DNA of 64,000 nt from Octopus vulgaris. Taxonomy: Eukaryota. Both the position numbers and the translations under genes were made by a program. Positions 14,210 through 30,964 of the stretch are shown piece by piece; positions within the stretch are counted from its first letter, which is position 1, and each line of letters opens with the position of its first letter. The notes beneath the pieces are model-generated. The model was given only the letters and a program-made list of their open reading frames with translations, had not been told where the DNA came from and made no database searches. The stretch spans positions 84,134,001-84,198,000 of the forward strand of contig OX597825.1 of the NCBI GenBank assembly GCA_951406725.2, in the 5' to 3' direction.

Positions 14210-15134
14210 TATAAAAGGGCTTAGTAAAATAAATTACTTTGCCGCATACTGAACTCATTAGAAATAGCAGCTAAAAAACTTTTTTAAAGCTATTTCTAAT
14301 ACTTAAAGAAAATCTCTCTCATATATAGTGTTTGCTTGATTCAACTCACAAAAGTTTGGGGGTAAGGACATTAAAAAATCAAATGCTAAGGTTATTTGAG
14401 AACGTACGTTTCAAGATTAGTCAAAACAACACTTCTATCTTCAGCTCAGAAACTCCTTGGTTTGGATTTGGAAACACTGAAAGTAAGAACATACCCTTTC
14501 GAAGATCCGCTCGTAACTAACAGTGCCAACAAACCCAAATAAGCAAGTGAAGAATTTCTGTTCTCCCCTTTCCACCAGCGTGGGTTAAAATCATCAAACG
14601 CTATGCTTATTTCGGTAAAATCCGAAGCATTAATTAGAGGGAGATTAATTATAATTTCAACAATTGAGGGTAAAATTAATTAATTATTAATCAATTTCAC
14701 CAAGTGTTCAGTATGCAAAGGGACCATTTAAGGCGAATTCAAATTATTACATTATATAAAAGGGCTTAGTAAAATAAATTACTTTGCCGCATACTGAACT
14801 CATTAGAAATAGCAGCTAAAAAACTTTTTTAAAGCTATTTCTAATACTTAAAGAAAATCTCTCTCATATATAGTGTTTGCTTGATTTTTGTGAGTTGAAT
14901 CAAGCAAACACTATATATGAGAGAGATTTTCTTTAAGTATTAGAAATAGCTTTAAAAAAGTTTTTTAGCTGCTATTTCTAATGAGTTCAGTATGCGGCAA
15001 AGTAATTTATTTTACTAAGCCCTTTTATATAATGTAATAATTTGAATTCGCCTTAAATGGTCCCTTTGCATACTGAACACTTGGTGAAATTGATTAATAA
15101 TTAATTAATTTTACCCTCAATTGTTGAAATTATA
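14206..15134 (-). mobile_element. Non-coding Penelope-like/retrozyme-like element (545-nt unit, partial tandem plus 5' inversion)
   Basis: Identical direct repeats 14206-14341 and 14751-14886; perfect inverted arms 14650-14886 and 14898-15134; hammerhead on the minus strand; (TA)n on both flanks. Confidence 0.8.
14397..14448 (-). ncRNA. Minimal type I hammerhead ribozyme (Penelope-type)
   Basis: Minus strand UGAG CUGAAGA uagaaguguuguuuugacuaaucuu GAAAC GUAC GUU CUCA: stem I UGAG/CUCA, intact core, palindromic stem III AACGUACGUU, GUU cleavage triplet. Confidence 0.8.
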
Positions 15135-15363
15135 TATATATATATATATAAGGAAGAAAATATAGGCAGAGAAGTGGTTGTGTGGTAAGTAGCTCGCTTA
15201 CCTATTTCCCACGAGTCTCTGTTGTCAGTGTACGCATGCGTCATTGTGCTGTGCACTGAGGAAGATAGCCGGCACTGTTTAGCCTGCCAAAAGAAGCTGC
15301 TGAAGGTAGGACTTCACCCCTCGTTGATGATGTCCTGTACTTAATGTATTTTATATATATATA

Positions 15364-16578
15364 CAAAGTCATGCAGGAAGTAAACAGACACCTTTAATTT
15401 TCAAGATTTCTGATCTAAGCGCCTTAATCTGTTTTCAGCGGTGTAGAATTTACAATGTAATTATTCTTTTTCATTCCAGGTGCCATTATATTAAACATTT
15501 GCGATGAGTAACCATGAGACGCACAAAAAATTCAGCATAACCGTCAGATTTTCAAAGAAGTCGTATTGTTGGGCAATCTGAGGCTGGTCTTAGCCAGCGA
15601 AAAATTGCCGAAAATCTTCAAATTCCTCTTGCTATTGTTAATAGAATTATAGTGCAATTCAAAAGCGAAGGAAAAGAATCAACAGATTCTCATCTCAGCT
15701 GACCTGGGCCCTCGGAAATGAAGCTTCACTTTTTGAAGAGAATTGTGGAAAACGAACCCCGTTCTAAGGCTTCTGACATTGCAAAACAGCTAGAATTTAG
15801 TCCCTGAACGTGTGTTATATATCTGCATAAGCTTGGGTATTATGGACGAGCAGCTAGAAGAAAACCTCTTTTTCAACCAATTAATATCATGAACAGAAAG
15901 AAATTGGTTAAGTAGGAGTCAGAAAAATCCAGTTCATTTTGGGATAGAGTGATTTTCTCAGATGAATCCAGATTTGCATTATTTTCAGACAGTGGTCGTG
16001 TTTGCGTCTGGAGGCTTCCCAATCAAGAATTTGATTTGAAACGACTCCAACCAACTGTGAAACACGGCGGTATCTCGGTAATGGTATGGGGAGCTGTCAC
16101 CAGCAATTGTCGTTCTGAGCTGATCGAATGTGTTTGAACCATAAACTCTGAAAAATACATCGAAATACTTAAGCAAGGTCTACTGCCGATGTATTCACAC
16201 GATAACATAACGAAAGATGAGTTTTTATGTGTGGAAGATGCGGCTCCATACCACACAGCGAAGAGGAATCAACAGTGGCTGACTGAAAATGGGTTGACTG
16301 AAACCCAATTGAAAATCTTTGGAGCATACTAGATAGAGCTATACGAAAAACTCTACAGAGACCTAAATCTAAAGATTTGTTTCGATTGCTGCGTGAAAAG
16401 TGGGCAGAAATCCCACAAGTGACAATCACAAAGCTCATCAGTTCAATGCCAAAAAGAGTTTCTGAATTAAGAACTGCAAAGTGAATGTCAACTAAATACT
16501 AAAGTATGTAGTCCTACCTATCGATTACATTTCAATTGTTCGCTTTGCATATTAAATAAAAGAAAATTAAAGGTGTCT
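15364..16578 (+). mobile_element. Tc1-family DNA transposon, near full length, decayed
   Basis: Starts TA|CAAAGTC; 17-bp inverted match agacacctttaattttc at 15386-15402 and 16562-16578; the outer part of the right TIR is replaced by (GA)n. Confidence 0.92.
15514..16502 (+). pseudogene. Tc1 DDE transposase pseudogene
   Basis: Motifs [67 protein letters not shown]; several in-frame stops and a deletion/frameshift removing WPxxSPDL. Confidence 0.93.
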
Positions 16579-16624
<46 letters not shown>

Positions 16625-16799
16625 AGAGTGACGAAGAGAATAAGAAAGCAAGAAAAGAAATTATGTCTGTGACTTATCAAGAATACTGTCAGCTATATGA
16701 ATAGGCTAGAGCTGAGGAATAACACGGAAAGAGCCGCGTTTTCAAATATAAATGAACAGCTAATTAGAAGTCATGCTGACGGAGAAGTTCTCCATAACA

Positions 16800-17303
<504 letters not shown>

Positions 17304-17964
17304 CGTCATACATTCAGACATATATTCTAATGTTATTCCTATGTGTTTTAAGATTAAATTCGATCAGCGACAGACATCATTAAAAGACGTGTATCAATAT
17401 TTCTCACCTGAAACCTTGTTTACAGAATCAGTAATATTGCAAATATATCTACAAAGTAGATGAATAGATGCTACCATTCTTTAACGACTTCTTTGACGTC
17501 ATCGAAAACAATGATTCCATTTTTTTCTAAATTCTTCAAGTTTTCTTTTCATTTCTTTTTCTGTATTATCACCCATTTTACAATCTTTTTTTTTTTTTGC
17601 CTTTGGCTGTCTTATACTTTTAATCTACTTACCTATTCGCTATTTCTTAATACCAGTTCTGTTTCCCTAGGATTTTGTTTTTTTCTTTATATTTTATGTC
17701 CATCCATATTATTTACAATTAATTGTGTCTGGAAATATAAATATCATTTCGATGTGTTTTTTTTTTTGGTCCTAAAATGTCAGTCGTTCATGTGTCTTAT
17801 CTACAGATTTTGCTTTGGTTCCTCGTTATTAAAAAAAGACGGAAGGAAAAAAGTGATTAAACCGTAAAATACGTTTTACTCCAATTAACCACAAGTAGGT
17901 CGTGCGGTTGGTGGAGAATTGTTTATTATCGACAACTATGCAGCCGTTATTGATTCATGTATGC

Positions 17965-17999
<35 letters not shown>

Positions 18000-18151
18000 C
18001 ATACATACACACACACACACGCACATATATATATATATATATGTATGTATGTACACATATGTATACATATATACATATTTCTATATATCTATCTATTCAC
18101 ATATACAAACACAAATGCAGAAACAAGAATGCAAAACCTTTTATATGAGGG

Positions 18152-18186
<35 letters not shown>

Positions 18187-18244
18187 TACTTGGTAATGGT
18201 TGGTGGCGTTCAATTAAATAAGAAATAGTAAATAATATATAATG

Positions 18245-19901
<1,657 letters not shown>

Positions 19902-20631
19902 TTTCTAATGCTTGATGACTGGTTTGTATCTCTGAAATTCTTAGAGTTCTAAGGTTTCATTAGATTTCCCAGAAGAATGGAACTTTCAGGTTACTAGGTT
20001 GAAAGTTATGTCGATAAAATCATCTTAAGGAAAATGTCACATGTTATCTTAGACTGAAGCTTATAATCGAATCTGAAGCAACATCAGTTTTTCCACTTCA
20101 GAGATGGTAACACACTTCCACACCTGCAATACTTTTGACAGAAATTCTGAATTCATCTTATTCTGCAAATATGCATAAAAATTGTACTTTCGAAATGTAA
20201 ACAACATAAAAACAAACAAACTAGCCAACCTTTAAGTCTCACCAAATCGCTTCTTTTTTCGACAGTAATTTACATCGCTTTCGGTGATAATTTATTTATA
20301 TATTTTCAGTTTTATATGATGTTTACCCATTATTTAGGCTTCGTGAATCCAAAATATTGCAAAACCATGCTTTTACCGGCATATTTCCGTTGTATTTTTT
20401 TCTCGCTTCTTTTCCTTCCTATTTCTGTTTTTCTTATTATTTTTCTAGTTTCTTTCGAATCTCAATCTCCAGCTACACAGCTGTGATAATATACATCATG
20501 AGTGAATCGCTTTCATATCATATTCTATAAGTTTTCCATAAGCAATTTTAAATTAGCTTAAGAAAAAACCAACAGATTTTAAAAATAACTACCCTTTAAA
20601 ATCATGTTCATTAATATATGCTCATTATTTG

Positions 20632-20822
20632 AGGCGGCGGCGGCGGCCAACTGGCCGAATCGTTATTACACCGGGACAAATGCTTAGCGGTATTTCGTCC
20701 GTCTTTACACATTGAGTTAAATTCAGGCGAGAACTACTTTACATGTTGAGCACTGGGGGCCGATGTAATCGACTTACCCGTCCCCAGAAACTGCTGGCCT
20801 TGTGCCAAAATTTGAAGCCAAT
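20632..20822 (+). mobile_element. SINE family A, internally deleted
   Basis: ctggccgaatcgtta...aaatgcttagcggtatttcgtc...cactgggggccgatgtaatcgactt. Confidence 0.75.
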
Positions 20823-21939
20823 AATTGCTCATAATTATATTCAGATCCAAATGTCACCTCAGCTCCCCAAAAGACATAATTCTACTGATTTTTTATGCGG
20901 CGCTTTGTTTTAGTTTTATGTATAACAACGTATATTACTCCATCTCTTTTCTCACTCTCTCCTCCTTCACTCCTACTCTTTCTTTATTACTTAAGTCACT
21001 TCCCCGACAAATACATCTATGAATGTTACATCAGTGATTATGGTGTTGAGATGACAAACATTGGATTCTGAGTTCGAACCCTGGATCGTGCGGCACATTC
21101 TGACCTTGGGAATATCACATAATCACCCGTAGTTCCAGTATCCTCGACTGAAAATGAGTACCAATGCTAGTTCATCTCTCTCTCTCTCAATCCCTCACTC
21201 ACACTCCCACTCCACCTCTCTCCCCACCTGCCACATCTTCTGGGTCAAAGTGTAGGGTGGAGCGAGAGTAAGTCTCAGTATATCTCTCCATCCGTGACTA
21301 CATCATAAGAACTTAAAAGAATGAAAGCAGAATACAAGCTAAAACTTTACATTCTTTTGTCAACCATTAAAATCTCCGTTACTTAAAAGCTGACACACCT
21401 AAAAAACACACTTTACTACAAAGGTTCATATGCTGGGAATTTGAGCATTAATCTTCATATTCTCAAAACAAAAGGTTAAGTATCCCATTAATATCCAAAT
21501 GGAACCAACAACAACTAAACTGTATGACGCAGCTGCTGACAAATATACACCTTAAACCTAACGAAATTTTTTGTGAGCCCCTATGACCAGTAGCTGATAC
21601 ACTTGAACAGACACAATCGATTACAACGTTCTACATGTATGACTTTATTCTGAGCAATAACACAACCCCAATTTTAAACAATAAAACATTCTCTATAACA
21701 CCTCTACATCACGACCTACGCTACAATATAGTTAGCATTAAACAGAGCTCAGATTATCCGAGGAAATTCTATCTTAACAGAGACTATATAAAGCTAAGAT
21801 AGATTCAAATGTACCACAGTCAGATGATGGTTTAGTTGGCTGAAACTTCGAAGTCACTGTCATTATCATTCTTACTAAAGAATGGCAAAATTTGTATTCC
21901 ACCAAAAGCATTGAGTAATCCTTCAGTTTAATGTAAATA

Positions 21940-21986
<47 letters not shown>

Positions 21987-23299
21987 TTTCATTACGTACA
22001 CGCTCATGTATATCTTATATATAGTGTATGAATGGAATATACACAGAAACACTGATGACGAGACAGCATTAGTAACATCTGCCAATCCTGAGACAGCTTA
22101 AACCAAAAATATCCAAAGTCTTCCTCAACCATTGCCGATATTCTTAAAAACAGTAAAATTTATGATAAATAAACCAAAAACTGTTGATATCACCAATATC
22201 ACTAATACCACCACATTCGTATATCGAATACACATAATCAGTACTTTATCTGAGATATTTACAAGATTATCCTCTTCTAATTTACCGACTGCTTTCGTAT
22301 TTCATTTTGGATTTGGTTAATGTATTCTTTTTTTTACCTCTGTTTCTTTGAAACTTGGATTTCTTAATCCTACCATTAAAAGACTGACTGCATCAAAGAT
22401 TGTGTTCAGTGTTTACACATCTTATAGAACAGCTTAAGTAAAAATGACACGGATTATGTCAGATAACCTTCCAAAATCACAATTAGTATATTTTTCAAAC
22501 TAAATGCTAAAACCGTATTTCTTTTGATGTTCTATTAGATTCTCGTTCTCTTTTAGAAAGTTAACCACCAGAGGCCATATTTACATAATTAAGATTTTTT
22601 TATTGTTTGTATTTTACTGAAAGTTCAGAGCTGTAAAATGAAATGTCGGATCGCTATTAGAACAACGACCGAGTTGATTAGAATGCGTTCCAAGCGGAAA
22701 TGTTACACTGACGTCAGCCGTTGTTGCTCTCGTTGTGTAGTCTCATATCTGCGATTTACTACAGCTATAATTACAGGCTTTGTACACGTGACCTCATGAT
22801 GGTGAGATAGCAGAATCGTTGGAGCATCGCAAAAATATGCCCTGCAGTATTTCTTCTGGTTCTTTACATTCTTATTTCAAACACCGCTGATGTCAACGTT
22901 GTCTTTCATCTGTTCAGAGTCGATTAAGTCAAGCAGCACTCAAATAACGAACTCAAGTGCACCGAGGAAAACCATTCTCTCAACAAATAGTGTTTTAATT
23001 AAAACGATGAGATATACATGACCATCTCGACCTTTTTACGTTTAGGAATATATTGTCCAAAGTGTCCTCGATTGTTAAAGATGGTAGGGTGTAATTTAAG
23101 GGATACTTAGCTTATATTTCATGTATATGAGCGGCTGTGCAGGGATTCCAAATCGTCTCCATTACTTTGAGTATAACTGCTGTTGGTAGCAGACTGACAT
23201 GAAGAAAAACTTGGAAGTTCATTTATGTGGATGTTTACAGTGAAAGAAATATATATCATAGCTTTCTGTTGTTTAATGGTCCTGTTTCTTCATAATGTA

Positions 23300-23472
23300 G
23301 GACCAGCCACCAGAGGGGACTGCTCAGCGTACGGCTGGTGCTCAATTTCAGCTGTGTTGGCTAAAGTGAAACGAAATGCATTGCTAAAGAACACAACGCG
23401 CCAACTAGTCCAGGAATCGAAACCACGCCATTAAAATCGTGATATGAACACCCTAACAACTTGGCCACACAC
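23300..23472 (-). mobile_element. SINE family C, decayed
   Basis: agaacacaacgc...gtccaggaatcgaaaccac...ccctaacaacttggccac matches 38306-38562. Confidence 0.7.
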
Positions 23473-23730
23473 CTCTACTAGTTGTTATGTATTCAGCAAA
23501 CTGTATTCCAGGTTTCTGTGCACACACACATATTTGTTAGTAGTCGTAGCTGAGTATGCGTGTGCATGTGTGTGTGTGTGTGTGTGTGTGTGTTTATGGG
23601 ATTATGGTGGTTGGGTGAGGAGCAAACAGACACTTGAGCTTTCACAACGGGAGGCTCTCCAGTACATACATGCAGACAGTATTGAGGCGTAAACAAACAG
23701 TGAGACGTACAAAAACAATAAGCGTTGTGT

Positions 23731-24093
<363 letters not shown>

Positions 24094-24548
24094 AGTGAAT
24101 ATACATATATATATATGTGTACATGTATATATATATATACATACATGCATACATATCTATAAATGTACTTATGTATATATACATACATAAAAGTATACTT
24201 ACATATACATACACTCACAGACAGACACAGACACATATATACTAACACGACCACACACACACACGCACAAACACACATTTTCTTGTTTTATGGACTGTTT
24301 GGAGAAATAATTTTTTTAAATCTCTTTATTTTTATACGGGAAAAGCAGTGTGCATACGTACATACCTATATATGTGTGTATCAATTGTGAGGAAGAGGGT
24401 ATTTATGTATATGATGTTCTGCGAGTTAGTATATAAGTATGTCTATATATAATGTATACATACATACATACATACATTCATACATACATACATACATACA
24501 TACATACATAATACATACATACATACATACATATATATATGCATACAT

Positions 24549-24592
<44 letters not shown>

Positions 24593-25650
24593 TAAATGGA
24601 TGAACTATAAAACTATTTCACACATACAGTAAGAGCCATACCATATATATATATATATATATATATATATCATATAGTATTGTGAGCATGTGTTTACGTA
24701 TTCTAGATATGAATAGAAGCGTGTATACATCAGTGTGGGTGCATGTGTGTGTATGCGTGCGTGTGTGAGAGTGTGCTTGTGTATAAAAAGTTCTCTCCAC
24801 CATCAAGAATTTACGCGTAGGATGCAACAGCATGGCGTCATACCAAGTCTCTTTTATCGAAGCCTTGAATCGAACCAAGCCATGTGTGTGAAATTAAACA
24901 CCTCTGATGAAAACACTTCAGGCCTTTTGCTTAAAGCGGTAAGGGACCCACATGGAAAAGAGGGAAAGCAATACACAAAAAAGAAGCAGAACAATTTTTG
25001 TCAATTTGGAGACCGCCATGTCAGGAGTAGAGACACGTGTCTCATGAAGTCTGAATAAAATACTGGCTTTCTTTAGCATTTTACGTAGTCATATACTACA
25101 CGATGGCCCCAACGCAGTTTCGAGCGATGTCATGATTTGGTTACTATTTGAAAGCGGACTTGTCTCTTCAGTCCTGCTGCACATCCGGACCCTTCCGCAT
25201 AATCAATGAAGTTGCAATGATGGGCGCTTCTTGCAGTAGATGTTCAAAGAAATACTACCAACGCTGGCACATGCCTTCATTCCATCATGGAAACTTTCAT
25301 TGAGTCTTTTGCCGTTTTCGGCTACGGGCTGCCAAAGTACGCATAGAGTGGAGTTTTCTTCTAGAAAGATTCCTGAACAAAGACCTCGGGTCTCCTACTC
25401 CCAGCTGTTGGATGACCGTAAACTCTACTGAGTTCGACCATACCTTGACAGGTTTTGTTTTCTGTCTTGCAGAATGTCTAACAAAAACCACGCTCTTTAC
25501 CAAGAAGATCAGGTGGGGGTTGCCCATTTACTGACCGACGGCGCCGCCATGTGAGAGATTGTACTGGGTTTAGCACTAAGCATGACAATCGTGCATACAT
25601 TCACGTATACAGGCATACGTGCAAGTATGCAGATGTACGCTTGCATACAC

Positions 25651-25729
<79 letters not shown>

Positions 25730-25868
25730 TATGTATCTCTCTCTCTCACTATCTATCTATTTACCTATCTATTTATCTATCTATCCATCTCTCTATCTAG
25801 CCCTCTCTACCTCCATCTTTCTCTCTGTTTATATATGTATTGTGTGTGTCCATATATATACATATATG

Positions 25869-25940
<72 letters not shown>

Positions 25941-26154
25941 GGCCCACGCATATATATGAGCATGTATGTGCTCTTGTTCACATATACTCTTGCTCACCAT
26001 TTCTGTTTGCAAATCGTTGTAGACTTAAATGAAAACCAATGTATTGCATCAACATATTTGAAATATATTTAAATAACAATATTAAATATATATAAATTAC
26101 ATGAAATAGAGTAGAAATAGAATTTTATCATTATTACTTGGTTGCACGTATGCA

Positions 26155-26201
<47 letters not shown>

Positions 26202-26843
26202 ATGTATGTATGTATGTATGTATGTATGTATGTACGTATGTATGTATGTATATATGTATGTATGTCATGTGCGCTTATCTGTGTATATGTTTGTGTATGT
26301 GTGTGTGTGGAGGAAGTTGTTGAAATAGACATTTTTTTAATCTACCATTATGTATGACCCTATTTACGTTAAAATAATGCAAACATGGCGTCGATGACTC
26401 TCATTAAAACCTAAATAATAAATATATTGCAACAGGGCTGCACACACACACACACACGGACATACACACATAAACTCACACACACATACATATATATATA
26501 CATATATATACGTAAATATGTACATGTATTCAGATATATATATGCATATATGCATACTTACATACTTACATGCATATATACATACATACACACACACGCA
26601 CACACACACACGTATATTTATATATACATGAAATATATATATATGTACATATATATTTATATATGTTTGTATGTATATATATTTATGAATATATATATAT
26701 ATAACCCTCCCTCGTCTCTCTCTATATATATGTATGTGTATATATATATATATATGTCTATATATATGTATGTATATATATATCCATACATATATAGTTA
26801 TACATAAAAGTATATGATATATATCATATATATATATATACAC

Positions 26844-26907
<64 letters not shown>

Positions 26908-26912
26908 GTCTG

Positions 26913-27001
<89 letters not shown>

Positions 27002-27140
27002 ATATATATATATATATATACATATATATATGGATATGAATATACATGCTCCTACTTGTAAATTATAAGTATTGAAGTGTTGATTGAAGCTTTGAAAATA
27101 TCAATAAAATCTAAAATCGTTTAGTATTAAGTGTTTTCCA

Positions 27141-27155
27141 TTATTATTGTTATTA

Positions 27156-27243
<88 letters not shown>

Positions 27244-27289
27244 CATTATTATCATTATTATTATTATTATCATTATTATTACCATTATG

Positions 27290-27369
<80 letters not shown>

Positions 27370-27383
27370 TATTATTATCATTA

Positions 27384-27420
<37 letters not shown>

Positions 27421-27485
27421 TATTATCATTATTATTATTATTATTATTATTAATATTATTATTATCATTATTATTATCATTATTA
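27141..27485. repeat. (ATT)n microsatellite
   Basis: Direct reading. Confidence 0.97.
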
Positions 27486-28306
27486 GTTATTAGTTAATGT
27501 AATCTACATTTATGTTTTGGTATATTATTTTTAGCATTCTTTGTCTTTTAGTCATCATTATAAGATAATATTTTTCAACGTTCTGTTAGTTTAACGATTT
27601 ACCAAAATTTGTGAAGAATGTTTGTAAGGAATTAAAGAAGAAAATAAAACTGATTGGAAGCAGAAAGTGTTTTACGAATTACGAATTTACGATTTGAATA
27701 TGGAGCTGTCGAAGACTTTCTGATTTTTCCCATTGAGGTATTGGAATGGTTTCAAGCAAATAGCTTTTAGAAAATAGCATAACATAACAGCGCTGTTTAA
27801 TGGAGGTTGAAGGAGGAGGTGTAGGAGGAGGAAGGGAAGAGAGGAAGGAGGAAAAAGAAGACGAAGTAGGAGGTAGTGAAAGAAGAGGAGGAACAAGACG
27901 ATGAAGTTAATGAAGGGCTGTAATAATAATAACAATAACAATAATAAAAACAACAACATTGATGATGATGGTGATAGATGAAGATGATGGTGATGATGAT
28001 GATGATGATGATGATAATGATGATAATAGCAATTATCATTGGCAGGATAAATTATAATGGCAACGTCTTTAGCGGATCGGAGAAGCAGCGAAATCGAGGA
28101 ATCGAAAAGCTGTGTGTTTAAGAACTTGCAATAGGAGGAAATTATAAACACAAGTTTGCATCATCATCATCATCATTATCATCATCGTCGTCGTCGTCTT
28201 TATCGTTCTTGTCGTTGTCATCATCATCATAATTATATATATATATATATGTATGTATATATATAAACATATATATATATATTCATGCATTTATATATAT
28301 GTATAC

Positions 28307-28389
<83 letters not shown>

Positions 28390-29400
28390 TATATACATAC
28401 ATATATATGTGTGTGTGTGTATATATACATTCTATATCCCTTGTGGTGGTTATTTTAACCTCTATTTAAATGCATATATATATATATATATATATATTTC
28501 TGAGTCTATGTGTCAATATATTTGCGTATGTGCGTGTATGTGTATATTTATAAATTGCCTAATTGAAGAATAATTAACATACGTTTTCTTCATCAAGGTT
28601 ATAAGACAAGGCTTGCTACACGTTATTTTTTTTCCTACTGTAATGCAGAATACATTATCCAATCTCTCTTTCTCTTCCCTCTCTCGCTCTCGTTTTGAAA
28701 AAAAAAAATCATGGCTGCCCTTCTAGAAGGTATATCGCTCGTCTAAAGACACCATCTTTGCCTCGAGAGAAATATTTTTCTGTTTGGTCAAATTAAATTA
28801 TCGCAAAACTACATTAATTTTTTAATGAATTTCTTATATAATTTGAAATTTTACCTATGAATAATAAAACACACAGTATTATATTATACAAGCATTCACA
28901 TTCTTACACACACTAATACATATACTCGCACATACACGCATACACATTCAAGATATCAGATTTCCCTTAAGTCTGTTTTAACGCCTCAAACATTAACATG
29001 CTATTAATATTCATGCATGAGGACATTAATATTCATGCATTAAGACGATACAGTATTGTACATATTACAAGGTGTAATTTAGTATCAAATTATTTCTTAA
29101 TGAGGTGGATCATTGTATGATACAAATTCATTTGCATAGTTTATAAGACAGAGAGAATGTGAGAGAGATAATGAGAAAAAGAGAGATCTCAGCATACATT
29201 ATTTTGGATTGTTTATTTAGCTCTATTTTTCACTTGTTTAACCAACTATACAGATATATTTCATCATGAAAAAAAAAAGTATCACCTCCGCTGATGATTG
29301 TGTATGTAACGTATAAAACTTTGAGAGTTTAAATCTACTTACCCATATGTTAATACATGTGGTTTAAATCTTTAAATCATTTAGATAATTAACTGTACAG

Positions 29401-29455
<55 letters not shown>

Positions 29456-29480
29456 CACTTATGTTATATATGTACACACA

Positions 29481-30283
29481 TAGAGTGAAATGTTTTGCAA
29501 TCTTTTAGTAAATTATTTGCGTTATTCTTTGACAACGCAAGTAGTCTAGCGTTCAAAATAAATGCCATCGTGTCGCACCATCTGATGCCATCTTCCTGGC
29601 AATTCTTTGATCCCCTGCTGCTATCAATTCTTGTCCTTCGACGTGAAGAACTATACTCGAGCATCCGCCTTCTCTTGGTGGATGAACGCAGGAAGTGAAC
29701 TAGGAATCGTAACAAAGTAATAATCCAAGGGGGCTGAATCTGGAATATATGCTGTGTGTGGCATCATTTTGATTTCTTTAACTTCCTAGAGTTTATTTCG
29801 CTCCAGCTGTGTAAGGTCTGGCGTCTGTTAACCATCTCACTCTCTGTTAACCAATACCGGGTATTTTTGCCGCACAATGGCATAAATCCTCTCCAGCTGT
29901 TCGGAGTACAGATTGACATCGATGGTTACAAACTAGACGTAAATTATTCTCCCATAATTCCACCAGACGCAGAGCATCATCTTGTTTTCGACACGCTGTC
30001 TTTATCGACAGGTTCTGGAAGCTGGCCCTCGCTTAACCACTGCTTGTGCACGTTAGAGTTTCAAAAAATATCTCCCGCGAATTTATACATGTTTATACAA
30101 AGGTGAAAGCCTCAGTGGAGAAGTCCTTCACTTTCAAAGACCAGAACTGCTATCAAAGAACTGAAAGAAATTTCGCTTTAGATGGTGAAGTACTAGCGCC
30201 TCTAATTTGAAAGCCCGGCTGGTTTTGATTTAAGTTGACGAATAAAGCAAAAGTTGCCAAACTATTGCAAAAATTTGACTCAA
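29481..30283 (-). mobile_element. Internally deleted mariner element (catalytic half, both TIRs)
   Basis: Minus peptides MMLCVWWNY, YSEQLERI, MPHTAYIPDSAPLDYYF, GIKELPGRWHQMVRHDGIYFE; imperfect inverted ends at 29483-29536 and 30234-30281. Confidence 0.85.
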
Positions 30284-30579
30284 AACGACACATAGACACA
30301 CACACACACATACTCTTTCACACACACACACATCCACACTTTCACACACACACATATGTATATATGATAGTGATGATGATGATAATGTTGAAGATGGTTA
30401 CCAATGCAAATGATGTCGTTAATAATGATAGCGAAACTAATAAAGATGCTTATCAAGTAGAGGAAGAAGAAAAAGAAAGAAAGAAAGAAAGAAAGAAAGA
30501 AGATGACCGTCACTCATCAATATTTCTACGTCATATGAAATTAAAAAGCCAACCTTGTGGTGTCACTTGTTTCATATTT

Positions 30580-30964
30580 GCCCTTATTGCCCACAGGGAG
30601 CTAAATGTAGAGGGGACAACGAAGGACAGACAAAGGGATTAAGTCGATTACATCGATCCCAGTGCATAACTGGTACCTATTTAATCGACTCCAAAAGGAT
30701 GAAATGCTAAGTCGACCTCGGCAGAATTTGAACTCAGAACGTAAAGACAGACGAAATACCTATTTCTTTACTACCCATAAGGGGCTAAACACAGAGAGGA
30801 CAGACAAGGAGAGACAAACGGATTAAGTCGATTATATCGACCCCAGTGCGTAACTGGTACTTACTTAATCTATCCTGAAATGATGAAAGGCAAAGTCGAC
30901 TTCGGCGGAATTTGAACTCAGAACATTTCGCCCGGCGTTCTAACGATTCTTCCAGCTCGCCGCC
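30580..30964 (-). mobile_element. SINE family A head-to-tail dimer
   Basis: Two related units, 30580-30770 and 30771-30964, each with ggattaagtcgatta...ctggtac...aagtcgac...gaatttgaactcagaac. Confidence 0.85.

Noticed and set aside
15514-16502. Domesticated or active Tc1 transposase
   Set aside because: Multiple stops, a deletion in the catalytic region and a truncated right TIR.
24900-25045. ctgatga...gagacacgtgtc as a long hammerhead
   Set aside because: GAAA is altered, and stems I and II do not pair convincingly.
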